Assembly: GCA_009787015.1 (NCBI GenBank) | Contig: WRGU01000051.1 | Coordinates: forward strand, 1 to 62,813 | Length of the DNA: 62,813 bases | Source: Candidatus Saccharimonadota bacterium | GTDB lineage: Bacteria > Patescibacteriota > Saccharimonadia > Saccharimonadales > Saccharimonadaceae | Reading direction: 5' to 3' | In this document: positions 9,292 through 17,599 of the stretch, piece after piece | Numbering within the stretch: the stretch's first letter is position 1 | Layout: every line of letters starts with the position of its first letter | Translations under genes and position numbers: made by a program | Notes under the pieces: model-generated | Database searches by the model: none | Told to the model about the DNA's origin: nothing | The model's input: the letters and a program-made list of their open reading frames with translations, nothing else

Positions 9292-9320
9292 GACCATTTA
9301 TAATAAGAAAGGAGCAAAAA

Positions 9321-9929
9321 ATGGCAGTATCACTAGAAGAAGTTAAAAAATTAAAGGAGTTGACCGGTGTGGGGTTGACCGACGCGAAAAAGGCGCTCGA
9401 AGAAGCGAACGGCGATTTCGATAAAGCGCTCGATGCGATGCGCAAGAAAGGCATGACGAAGGCCGAAAAACGTGGCGAACGCGAAGCCCGCGAGGGTGTG
9501 ATCGAATCGTACGTTCACAGCGGCCGGATTGGCGTGTTGGTCGAACTAAATTGCGAAACCGATTTCGTGGCGCGCACCGACGATTTCAAAGCGTTGGCGC
9601 ACGATTTGGCGCTGCAAGTCGCCGCGATGTCGCCAAAATGGATTGCGGACGCGGACATTCCGGAATCCGAAATCGCGCGCAAGAAAGAAGAATTATTGGC
9701 GGCGGCAAAAACCGACGCGAAAAACGCCAGTAAACCCGCCGACGTGTTGGAAAAAATCATCGATGGACAGATGAAAAAATACTTCGACGAATTAGTTTTG
9801 ATGAACCAGGTTTTTTGGAAAGACGGCGAAACTAAAGTCGGCGACCTCGTCAAAACCGTTGCCTCAAAACTCGGCGAAAACGTCGTCGTGCGCCAATTCA
9901 AGCGCATCGAACTCGGTGTGAGCGAATAG
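9321..9929 (+). CDS. tsf: Elongation factor Ts (short form)
   Basis: VKKLKELTGVGLTDAKKALEEANGDFDKA (UBA-like N-terminus), LNCETDFVAR motif. Confidence 0.9.
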   Translation: MAVSLEEVKKLKELTGVGLTDAKKALEEANGDFDKALDAMRKKGMTKAEKRGEREAREGVIESYVHSGRIGVLVELNCETDFVARTDDFKALAHDLALQVAAMSPKWIADADIPESEIARKKEELLAAAKTDAKNASKPADVLEKIIDGQMKKYFDELVLMNQVFWKDGETKVGDLVKTVASKLGENVVVRQFKRIELGVSE

Positions 9930-9930
9930 T

Positions 9931-10016
9931 TAGCGATGCGAACCGCTCTGGAACGACGAACCCTTTAAATCCCTCTACGTCTGGGGTGAGGCGGACAGAG
10001 CGGTGAGAAGGAGCGA
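9931..10016 (+). repeat. Family A imperfect-palindromic element (long subtype)
   Basis: TAGCGATGCGAACCGCTCTGG...CAGAGCGGTGAGAAGGAGCGA; begins 2 nt after the tsf stop. Other copies listed below. Confidence 0.85.
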
Positions 10017-10066
10017 TTTTTGGTGCAAAGTATGCTATAATTTCTATATAAACTAAGGAGGAATTC

Positions 10067-10618
10067 ATGGATACAGCGGTTTACGAACAAAAATTTGCGG
10101 CGGCGATCGCGCATTTTGAGCAGGAAGTCAAAAAAATCCGCACTGGGCGGGCGCATCCGGACATGTTGGATGGCGTTATGGTCGAGGTTTATGGCACAAA
10201 GATGCCCTTGAACCAGGTCGCCAGCGTCAGTGCCCCCGAACCACAACAGATTTTAGTAACACCGTTCGATGTGCATAACGTGGCGGCGATTGCCGCGGCG
10301 ATTCGCAACGATATCACGTTAGGTTTTAATCCATCCGACGACGGTCGCAACGTGCGCGTGCCTATTCCGGCGCTGACCGAGGAACGCCGCCGCGACATCG
10401 TACGTAATTTATCGGCGAAAGTCGAAGACGCCAAAGTCGCCTTGCGCAACATCCGCGAGGACGCTCGCAAAGTCGCTAAAGTCGCCAAAGAAGCCAAAAC
10501 CATCAGCGAAGACGATCAAAAACGCATCGAAAAAGGCATCGACGACGACGTCGCCAAAAACAACGCTAAAATCGACGATCTCGCGAAAGCCAAAGAAGCT
10601 GAAATCATGAAAGTTTAA
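10067..10618 (+). CDS. frr: Ribosome recycling factor
   Basis: RTGRAHPDMLDGV.., LTEERRRDIV.. motifs; SD AAGGAGG. Confidence 0.9.
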   Translation: MDTAVYEQKFAAAIAHFEQEVKKIRTGRAHPDMLDGVMVEVYGTKMPLNQVASVSAPEPQQILVTPFDVHNVAAIAAAIRNDITLGFNPSDDGRNVRVPIPALTEERRRDIVRNLSAKVEDAKVALRNIREDARKVAKVAKEAKTISEDDQKRIEKGIDDDVAKNNAKIDDLAKAKEAEIMKV

Positions 10619-10632
10619 GAAAGGAGAAAAAA

Positions 10633-10881
10633 ATGGGAATAGAAGGAATGAACAACAATCCACCCCAGCCCGCGGAACCCGAGGCAAATGTGGGGCATGA
10701 ACCGACAGTCGAAGAATTACAAGCTGTTGTTGCGAAAGTCGGAGAACTAATAAGCAAGTTAGAATCATGTTCACGCCTCGGTTATTTTCCAGATAGGGCT
10801 AGAAAGCCTATGGAGAAGTTTTTGAAAATACAGGAAATACTGTCGTCGGATGATGACGATTCCTCTCTAAACCTTAGTTAG
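10633..10881 (+). CDS. Hypothetical acidic small protein (82 aa)
   Basis: SD AAGGAGA 8 nt upstream, tightly follows frr; no recognisable motif. Confidence 0.45.
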   Translation: MGIEGMNNNPPQPAEPEANVGHEPTVEELQAVVAKVGELISKLESCSRLGYFPDRARKPMEKFLKIQEILSSDDDDSSLNLS

Positions 10882-10924
10882 AATACATATTGACAAGTCG
10901 TCCAATCTGTGATACACTGTTCTC

Positions 10925-10965
10925 GTGATCGTATAAGGTCATGGGATTGTTAGGTGTTGGGTTTT
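10925..10965 (+). ncRNA. Candidate small RNA (module S, subtype 2, copy 1)
   Basis: TTGACA (10890..10895), 17 nt, TG-A-TACACT (10913..10918). Hairpin CTCGTGATC/GGTCATGGG (10922..10945), tail ATTGTTAGGTGTTGGG. About 88% identical to 55820..55891. Confidence 0.45.
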
Positions 10966-11061
10966 GTCATTCTCGGGCTTGTCCCGGGAATCCATGGCAC
11001 TTGTCATCCTGAACTTGTTTCAGGATCTGTAAAATAGATTCCGCAACAAGTGCGGAATGAC
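10966..11061. repeat. Cluster of three family B GTCAT-hairpin units
   Basis: 10966..10993 (ATTCTCGGG/CCCGGGAAT), 11003..11029 (ATCCTGAA/TTCAGGAT) and inverted 11036..11061 (ATTCCGC/GCGGAAT). Stems differ in sequence but stay paired. Confidence 0.8.
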
Positions 11062-11110
11062 ATTTAAACAATTTGCACTCCTATCCCGAACGTGATAAAA
11101 TAGAAAGATA

Positions 11111-11179
11111 ATGAGTTTCGATTTTACTAAAACAGCGTTGTTGTTGGGGCTATTGTTGCCGCGGCTGTGTTTAGAATAG
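11111..11179 (+). CDS. Possible 22-aa hydrophobic sORF (MSFDFTKTALLLGLLLPRLCLE)
   Basis: TAAAAT (11096..11101) lies 9 nt upstream of the ATG. A 10-bp-stem hairpin (11180..11230) follows immediately. Confidence 0.25.
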   Translation: MSFDFTKTALLLGLLLPRLCLE

Positions 11180-11268
11180 ATCGAAGCCTGAGTGTAAAAC
11201 TCCCCACACAGCCGAAAATGAGGCTTCGATCCGTCGGAGCCAATTTTAATTTAATAAGGAGTTACAAA

Positions 11269-11514
11269 ATGAGTTTTAGTTCGGAAATGATAATGTGCGG
11301 GGAGCGGGTCACGATAACAGGAGAAAATGAAGCGGAATTTAACAGAGAAAAGAGACGGAAATGCGGCGAATGCGCAGCGCGAAATTCCTGTAAACGTTGT
11401 GTGATCATGGATGGCGCGGTGAGTTGTTCTAAACCGAACAGGGGTCAGGTAAAATCAGACGAAGAAGAATGGCGTCGGTGGCGCGGGATCGAAGATGACG
11501 AAATGTCCGCCTAA
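11269..11514 (+). CDS. Small Cys-rich (zinc-ribbon-like) protein, 81 aa
   Basis: AAGGAG (11256..11261) 7 nt before the ATG; CGECAARNSCKRC..C pattern. The track start at 11167 has no SD. Confidence 0.5.
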   Translation: MSFSSEMIMCGERVTITGENEAEFNREKRRKCGECAARNSCKRCVIMDGAVSCSKPNRGQVKSDEEEWRRWRGIEDDEMSA

Positions 11515-11583
11515 AACTGGATTGCGCTAATGATCGAATCTATGCTAAAATATTTCCATCATTAGTAAAAAGAGAGGAAACAT

Positions 11584-12804
11584 ATGAATTTAGAATGGTG
11601 GCAGATTGTCCTGGGCGTGATTGTTGGGTTGATTGCGTTGATGGTTTTGGTGATAATTCACGAATTGGGGCACGCGTGGTTTGCGCGTCGGAACGGGGTT
11701 GAGGTCGAGGAATTCGCTATCGGTTTTCCGCCGCGGGCGAAGATTCTCGGCAAGTATAAGGGGACGTTGATTACGTTGAATTGGCTGTTGCCGCTCGGCG
11801 GATTTTGCAAGATGAAAGGCGAAACCGACGACGCTACCGAAAAAGGTTCGTACGGTGCGGCGAGTTTTTGGGCAAAAACCAAAATTTTGTTCGGCGGCGT
11901 GTTCATGAACCTGATCGCCGCGGCGGTGATTTTCACAATTTTGGCGTGGGTCGGCATGCCGAAAATCCTCGAGAACCAATTCACTATACAAAGCGACACG
12001 GCGACGGAATTGTCACCGGTGTTGGTCGCGACTGTGATCAAGGGAAGCCCGGCGGAAAAGGTATATAAGTCAGACATCCCGTGCCCAGAAGACTTACCAT
12101 GCGGCGTCAGGTTGGACCCAAAATCAGCAACGAGCATAAAAGTTGATGATGAAATCCTTTCGATTAATGGCGAGAAAGTCGAAAGATCGAGCGACGTGCC
12201 GCGACTGACCAAAAAATATGCGGGGCATTGGGCGTTTATCGTTATAAAAACCAACGGCAAGAAAGAAAGCGTTGTCACAGAGTTGAACGCCAAAAATGAA
12301 GGCAAGGGTTACCTCGGCATCTCGACCAGCCAGAGCGAAAAATTCCGCGCCACGTGGTCGGCGCCGATTGTCGGTGTTGTTACGACCTTTCAATTCATTT
12401 GGGAAACGATTGCGGGAATCGGCGGCATGATCGGGAATTTGTTCGGCGGTTTGTGGGGACTAATCACCGGCGGTGGCGCGGACGCGCAACAGCAGATTTC
12501 CAGCGTCGGCGAACAGGTCGCGGGACCGGTCGGCATTCTCGGCGTGATTTTCCCGGCGATGGTGGCGGCGGGATTGACCGAACTTTTATTCTTGATTGGA
12601 CTGATCTCGTTGACTTTGACGGTAATGAACATCTTGCCGATCCCAGGTTTGGACGGCGGACGATGGTATTTGACCGCAGGATTTAAGTTGTTTGGGAAAA
12701 AACTGACCAAGAAAAAAGAAGAAACCATCGTCGGTACAGGCATGTTGATTCTGTTTGGGTTGGTAATTCTGATAACGATCTCTGATATTTGGAAGTTATT
12801 CTGA
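11584..12804 (+). CDS. rseP: Site-2 (M50) zinc metalloprotease RseP-like
   Basis: HELGH, a PDZ-like middle region, NILPIPGLDGG. Confidence 0.85.
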   Translation: MNLEWWQIVLGVIVGLIALMVLVIIHELGHAWFARRNGVEVEEFAIGFPPRAKILGKYKGTLITLNWLLPLGGFCKMKGETDDATEKGSYGAASFWAKTKILFGGVFMNLIAAAVIFTILAWVGMPKILENQFTIQSDTATELSPVLVATVIKGSPAEKVYKSDIPCPEDLPCGVRLDPKSATSIKVDDEILSINGEKVERSSDVPRLTKKYAGHWAFIVIKTNGKKESVVTELNAKNEGKGYLGISTSQSEKFRATWSAPIVGVVTTFQFIWETIAGIGGMIGNLFGGLWGLITGGGADAQQQISSVGEQVAGPVGILGVIFPAMVAAGLTELLFLIGLISLTLTVMNILPIPGLDGGRWYLTAGFKLFGKKLTKKKEETIVGTGMLILFGLVILITISDIWKLF

Positions 12805-13688
12805 TGAAGAAAGTAGTTTCAACGAAAACAGGAAAGACGTCAGTCAAAAAGAAAGTCGTTTTAGCGGAGGTGATTGCTCCGATGGAAAAAGCGCCCATTG
12901 GGAAGAGGATTGCATCGATTGTCGGTTGGTTGCTGTGGATTGCGGCGGCGTTTCTGCTTTCCAATATTATAGTGGCGATAATGTTGTTAATATTGCAACA
13001 CTATCAATTGCTTGATATTAAAAAACTCGACACTACCACGTCGTTTGCTGTTACCGCGGTGATGTATGTATTGATGTTAGTGATAGTATTGTGGTTGCCG
13101 TTGTGGTGGCTGGGACGGAAGAAAGTCATTGCGAGCGAAGCAGAACAACCCGAGAAAAAACCAATTGAACCCCAAAAAACCCGACGTGAAAAAATAAGAT
13201 ATATCCTGGACGCGGTGGGTTTGTCGCGTCGCCCGAAACTAACCGATATTAGTTATTTTTTCGCGGATCTGCCGGTATATTATCTCGTGAATATTGTGGC
13301 GTCGTCTGTCGCCACCTATATTTTGGGTTCGGAAATTATGAATCAGGAACAATCGCTCGGTTTTAGCAAAACCGGCAACGCGTGGTGGCAGTTGGTGATA
13401 ATTTTCATCGCATTAGTTGTCATTGCGCCGCTGTTTGAGGAAATGATTATGCGTGGATTTTTGTTCAAAAAAATCCGAAAAAACGTACCGTTCATCGTCA
13501 CGGCAGTTGTTGTTTCACTATTGTTCGCGCTGGCGCATGGTCAGGTTAATGCTGGCATCATGACTTTCACGCTGTCAATGTTTTGTTGTTGGATCCGCGA
13601 AAAAACCGGCGCGATTTGGGGCGGAATTTTCCTGCACGCAGTGAATAATTTTGTGGCGTTCGCGATATTGTTTTTGTCGAATCATTAG
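12804..13688 (+). CDS. CPBP-family intramembrane glutamic protease
   Basis: EEMIMRGF, FALAHG, FLHAVNNF motifs. ATG overlaps the rseP TGA by 1 nt. Contains a family B unit at 13125..13150. Confidence 0.75.
   Translation: MKKVVSTKTGKTSVKKKVVLAEVIAPMEKAPIGKRIASIVGWLLWIAAAFLLSNIIVAIMLLILQHYQLLDIKKLDTTTSFAVTAVMYVLMLVIVLWLPLWWLGRKKVIASEAEQPEKKPIEPQKTRREKIRYILDAVGLSRRPKLTDISYFFADLPVYYLVNIVASSVATYILGSEIMNQEQSLGFSKTGNAWWQLVIIFIALVVIAPLFEEMIMRGFLFKKIRKNVPFIVTAVVVSLLFALAHGQVNAGIMTFTLSMFCCWIREKTGAIWGGIFLHAVNNFVAFAILFLSNH
13125..13150. repeat. Family B unit embedded in frame in the CPBP protease CDS
   Basis: GTCATTGCGAGCGAAGCAGAACAACC, translated as ..VIASEAEQP.. in a predicted loop. Confidence 0.6.
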
Positions 13689-13707
13689 TATCTGGTAAAA
13701 TAGTAGC

Positions 13708-14940
13708 ATGAAAATTGCAATTGTTGGATTCGCGCGTGAGGGAAAGAGTAATCTGGAATATTTTGGGTGCAAGTTCCCAGAGGCGGATTTCACGATTTTT
13801 GACGAACGTTCCGAAATCGGCGATGTTCCGGTGGGCGTTGATACGGTATTGGGTGCGGACGCATTCGATAAAATTCAGGATTTTGATTTAGTTCTGCGTT
13901 CGGCGGGGGTTGCGCCGTATAAAATCGCGCAAAAAACCGGAATTTGGTCGTCCACGCGCGAATTTTTCGCCGAATGTCCGGCGCTGATCATCGGTGTGAC
14001 CGGTACAAAGGGCAAGGGTACGACCTGCACGATGATTCGCGACATTTTGCGCGCCGACGGCAAAAACGCCTTTTTGGTCGGTAATATCGGCGTGCCGGCG
14101 CTCGATCAATTACCGAATATTAAAAAAGATGACATCGTGGTTTTTGAATTATCATCATTTCAATTATGGGATCTCGAACAGAGTCCGTCGGTTGCGGCGG
14201 TTTTACGAATTGAGGCGGATCATTTGGATGTACACGGTGATTTTGCGAATTATGTTGATGCGAAAGCCAACATCGCAAAGCATCAAAGCGCAAATGACAA
14301 AGTCGTTTATTATGAAAATAATGCCGAGAGCCGTCAGATTGCCGAACTGTCACCAGGTCGAAAAATCGCCTATCCGGGCAACATCGAATTTGACACGTCA
14401 GTGCTGCAGGTTCCGGGTATGCATTATGTCGAGGACGCCGAGGCCGCCATCGCGGCGGTTAGCGACATTATCGACGACACGGATTCGATCGCCAAGGGCT
14501 TGGGCGCATTTCGCGCGATGCCGCATCGGTTGGAATTAGTGCGCGAATTAAATGGTGTGAAATATTATGACGATAATTTTAGTGCCAGTTTTCCGTCGCT
14601 CGACGTTGCGGTGCGCGCGTTTCCGAATAACGATATAATTTTGATCGCGGGCGGCAAGGATCGGGGTCTAAATAATTATCGCGACATTGCGAATGCGATC
14701 AATAATTCGACCGTGAAGCAAATCTTTTTGATTGGGGAAACTGCGCCCAAAATCGCCGAAGATTTGTACATCGAACACAAAATTTGTTCAGAATTAGCAG
14801 AGGCGGTTATAAACGCGCATGCTATATCGCGATCAGGGGACATTGTTTTAATGAGCCCGGGTGCGCCGAGTTTTGATATGTTCGAATCATTCGAGGATCG
14901 CGGTAAAAAATTTCAAGAATTAGTTAGGAGTTTGAAATGA
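13708..14940 (+). CDS. murD: UDP-N-acetylmuramoyl-L-alanine--glutamate ligase (MurD family)
   Basis: Mur ligase P-loop GVTGTKGKGTT, MPHRLE, IAGGKDRG. Leaderless: TGG-TAAAAT (13696..13701) + 6 nt + ATG. Confidence 0.85.
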   Translation: MKIAIVGFAREGKSNLEYFGCKFPEADFTIFDERSEIGDVPVGVDTVLGADAFDKIQDFDLVLRSAGVAPYKIAQKTGIWSSTREFFAECPALIIGVTGTKGKGTTCTMIRDILRADGKNAFLVGNIGVPALDQLPNIKKDDIVVFELSSFQLWDLEQSPSVAAVLRIEADHLDVHGDFANYVDAKANIAKHQSANDKVVYYENNAESRQIAELSPGRKIAYPGNIEFDTSVLQVPGMHYVEDAEAAIAAVSDIIDDTDSIAKGLGAFRAMPHRLELVRELNGVKYYDDNFSASFPSLDVAVRAFPNNDIILIAGGKDRGLNNYRDIANAINNSTVKQIFLIGETAPKIAEDLYIEHKICSELAEAVINAHAISRSGDIVLMSPGAPSFDMFESFEDRGKKFQELVRSLK

Positions 14941-16208
14941 AATTCATTTTTCAAAATTATAATTTTGATTCCGAAATTGGACGCGCAGCATTTAATTACA
15001 GGTTCGAAAACGGACAAGATTTTACGGAAACCATTGATTTCAGAATTCCTGATGTGAAAAATTACGATGAAAAAGTGCTGGCGCGGGTGCTGCAACTCGC
15101 ATTTGTTCTGATCGGTGTGTCATATTGGAAAACGTTCGGCGGTTCGGAGGTGAAATTGCCGTTTGCGCTCGATACTATGCAGGCATCATTTTTTAACGCC
15201 ACGTATCAGGAGGGAATGGGACAGTATGCCTTTGAAAATAATTTAACGCGTGACGACCTAGCACACTTTGTCGCCACGGCGGACGATAATCGTGCCGCAA
15301 TGAAATATGATGGTGCGGGAATTTTGGCGCTGCAATCCGGTGGAAAAGATTCTTTATTGGTGGCGTCGCTGCTGAAACGACAAAACGCGACCTTTACGCC
15401 ATTTTTTGTGGCGAACAGCGATCACCACCCGGCAGTGCTCGATGAATTGGGTGAATTGGTGATTGCGAAACGCCACATTGATCGGGAAAAATTACAACAA
15501 GCATTAGACAACGGTGCGAAAAATGGTCACATTCCGGTGACATATATAACCGAATCTCTGGCGCTGATCCAAGCGATTTTGTTGAATAAAAAACGGATTT
15601 TGGTGTCGATCGGTCACGAGGGCGTTGAACCGCACACGTATGTCGGTGATCTGGCGATAAATCATCAGTGGTCGAAAACTTGGGAAGCGGAACAGTTGTT
15701 TTCGCGTTACGTTCACGATTACGTGTCGCCCGATATCGAAATTGGATCGCCGATTCGCGAATACAGCGAGCTCAAAATCGCGGAATTGTTCGCGAACTAT
15801 GCTTGGGCGGAATTCGGTCATAAATTCAGTTCCTGTAACATCGAAAATTATCGTCAAAATACCGACAATTCCATTTTGAAATGGTGCGGGAATTGTCCAA
15901 AATGCGCCAATGCGTATCTCATATTCGCGCCATTTGTCGAACCGGTGGAATTAAAAAATCTGTTTGATGGTCAGGATTTGCTGATAGAAGAAAGCTTGCA
16001 CGATTCGTTCAAGGGACTTCTCGGCGTCGACGATGTTATGAAACCGTTCGAATGTGTGGGCGAGGTCGACGAACTGCGTGCAGCATACCAGATGACCGAA
16101 CAAAAAGGCGGTTACGGAAAATTGCCATTTGACGTACCGCAATCGAATTTCGATTACAATCAAACGTACGAACATAACGATATTTTAGCGGTAACAAAAC
16201 ATGAATAA
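14937..16208 (+). CDS. PP-loop (SGGKDS) ATP-pyrophosphatase-fold protein, translationally coupled to murD; possible MurL-type epimerase
   Basis: LQSGGKDSLLVASLL PP-loop, C-terminal WCGNCPKC. ATGA overlap with murD. Confidence 0.45.
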   Translation: MKFIFQNYNFDSEIGRAAFNYRFENGQDFTETIDFRIPDVKNYDEKVLARVLQLAFVLIGVSYWKTFGGSEVKLPFALDTMQASFFNATYQEGMGQYAFENNLTRDDLAHFVATADDNRAAMKYDGAGILALQSGGKDSLLVASLLKRQNATFTPFFVANSDHHPAVLDELGELVIAKRHIDREKLQQALDNGAKNGHIPVTYITESLALIQAILLNKKRILVSIGHEGVEPHTYVGDLAINHQWSKTWEAEQLFSRYVHDYVSPDIEIGSPIREYSELKIAELFANYAWAEFGHKFSSCNIENYRQNTDNSILKWCGNCPKCANAYLIFAPFVEPVELKNLFDGQDLLIEESLHDSFKGLLGVDDVMKPFECVGEVDELRAAYQMTEQKGGYGKLPFDVPQSNFDYNQTYEHNDILAVTKHE

Positions 16209-17319
16209 TGTGCCGGTTTTCGAAGTCTCCGACGCGGTGGCGATTTTTAATCAGATTTTGGAAACTGCCACGCCGGCGGTCGCGGTTGTGGGCGAAGTAG
16301 CGAATTTCAAAATCAACCAAAACAAGTGGGTATTTTTCGATATCAAAGATGCTGAATCGACACTAAATTGTTTCATGTCAGTATTTAATTTGCACGGCGT
16401 GATCGAGGACGGCATGCGCGTGGAAGTTTTGGCGCGTCCGCAAATCACGAAGTGGGGCAAGTTTTCCTTGACCATCCAAAACGTTAGGCCAGTTGGCGCA
16501 GGTTCGATCAAACGCGCGTTCGAATTATTGCGCGCAAAGTTGGACGCAGAAGGATTGTTCGCGATTGAGCGAAAACGCACATTGCCGGAACTGCCGGATC
16601 GTATCGGCGTGATTTCGTCAACTGACGCGGCAGGATATGCGGATTTTATCAAAATTTTGAACGAACGCATGTCGGGAATTTCGATCGAAGTAGCGCATGT
16701 TCAGGTCCAGGGCGATGCTGCGCCGGAACAAATTATCGCGGCATTAAAATATTTTAATGAACAAAAAAATCCGCCCGAGGTCATTGCGATTTTACGCGGC
16801 GGCGGATCGCGCGATGACCTAATGGCATTCGATGACGAACGTTTGGTCCGCGAAATCGCGGCGTCGCGCGTACCGATTATCACCGGCATCGGGCATGAGA
16901 TCGACACGACTTTAACGGATTTGGCGGCGGATGTGCGGGCGGCAACACCAAGCAACGCAGTGCAAATTCTTGTGCCGGATCGCCGCGAAATTATTTCGAC
17001 GCTTGATTTTCAATTATCGAATTTGATTAATGAATCGGAAACTAGGTTAAATGAAATCGAAACGCGAGTTGTGGATAATTGCTCGCGCATGCCGGAGCGC
17101 ATCGATCATGCGCTTTCGGAAATTGAATATAAATTGAAATTCCTTAATGCGGCGTTACAACAATTAAACCCGCGAACGATTTTGCGGCGCGGTTATGCGA
17201 TCGTGCGCGGTCAAAATGGAAAAGTTTTGCGCACCGCGGCGGTGGGTGAAACTTTGATAATCGAAAATTACGATTCCGAAATTACCGCGACTGTCGAAAA
17301 AATATCGCGGAAAACGTAA
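16201..17319 (+). CDS. xseA: Exodeoxyribonuclease VII large subunit
   Basis: N-terminal OB-like region (VVGEVANFK..), GGGSRDDL, TGIGHEID motifs. Confidence 0.85.
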   Translation: MNNVPVFEVSDAVAIFNQILETATPAVAVVGEVANFKINQNKWVFFDIKDAESTLNCFMSVFNLHGVIEDGMRVEVLARPQITKWGKFSLTIQNVRPVGAGSIKRAFELLRAKLDAEGLFAIERKRTLPELPDRIGVISSTDAAGYADFIKILNERMSGISIEVAHVQVQGDAAPEQIIAALKYFNEQKNPPEVIAILRGGGSRDDLMAFDDERLVREIAASRVPIITGIGHEIDTTLTDLAADVRAATPSNAVQILVPDRREIISTLDFQLSNLINESETRLNEIETRVVDNCSRMPERIDHALSEIEYKLKFLNAALQQLNPRTILRRGYAIVRGQNGKVLRTAAVGETLIIENYDSEITATVEKISRKT

Positions 17320-17359
17320 GGTTGTAATGTTCGCCCTAACAGTGTAAAATGTTTATATT

Positions 17360-17599
17360 ATGATTAAGGAAAAAAGTTTGAAGGAATTACTGGCAGAATT
17401 TGACGAGATTGTGGCGTGGTTTGACGGCGATGATTTGGATATCGACGCCGCAATCGCGAAGTTCGAAGCCGGCAGTAAATTAGCGGATGAAATCAAGAAA
17501 AAACTCGCAGAATCGAAAAATAAAATCGAAATCGTCAAGAAAAAATTCAATGTTTCGGCGATGGATCGCGGTGAAGGTGACGAAAAGGTCGACGAATGA
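17360..17599 (+). CDS. xseB: Exodeoxyribonuclease VII small subunit
   Basis: 79 aa, LEEL-type helix and FEAGSKL.. pattern, follows xseA. Confidence 0.8.
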   Translation: MIKEKSLKELLAEFDEIVAWFDGDDLDIDAAIAKFEAGSKLADEIKKKLAESKNKIEIVKKKFNVSAMDRGEGDEKVDE

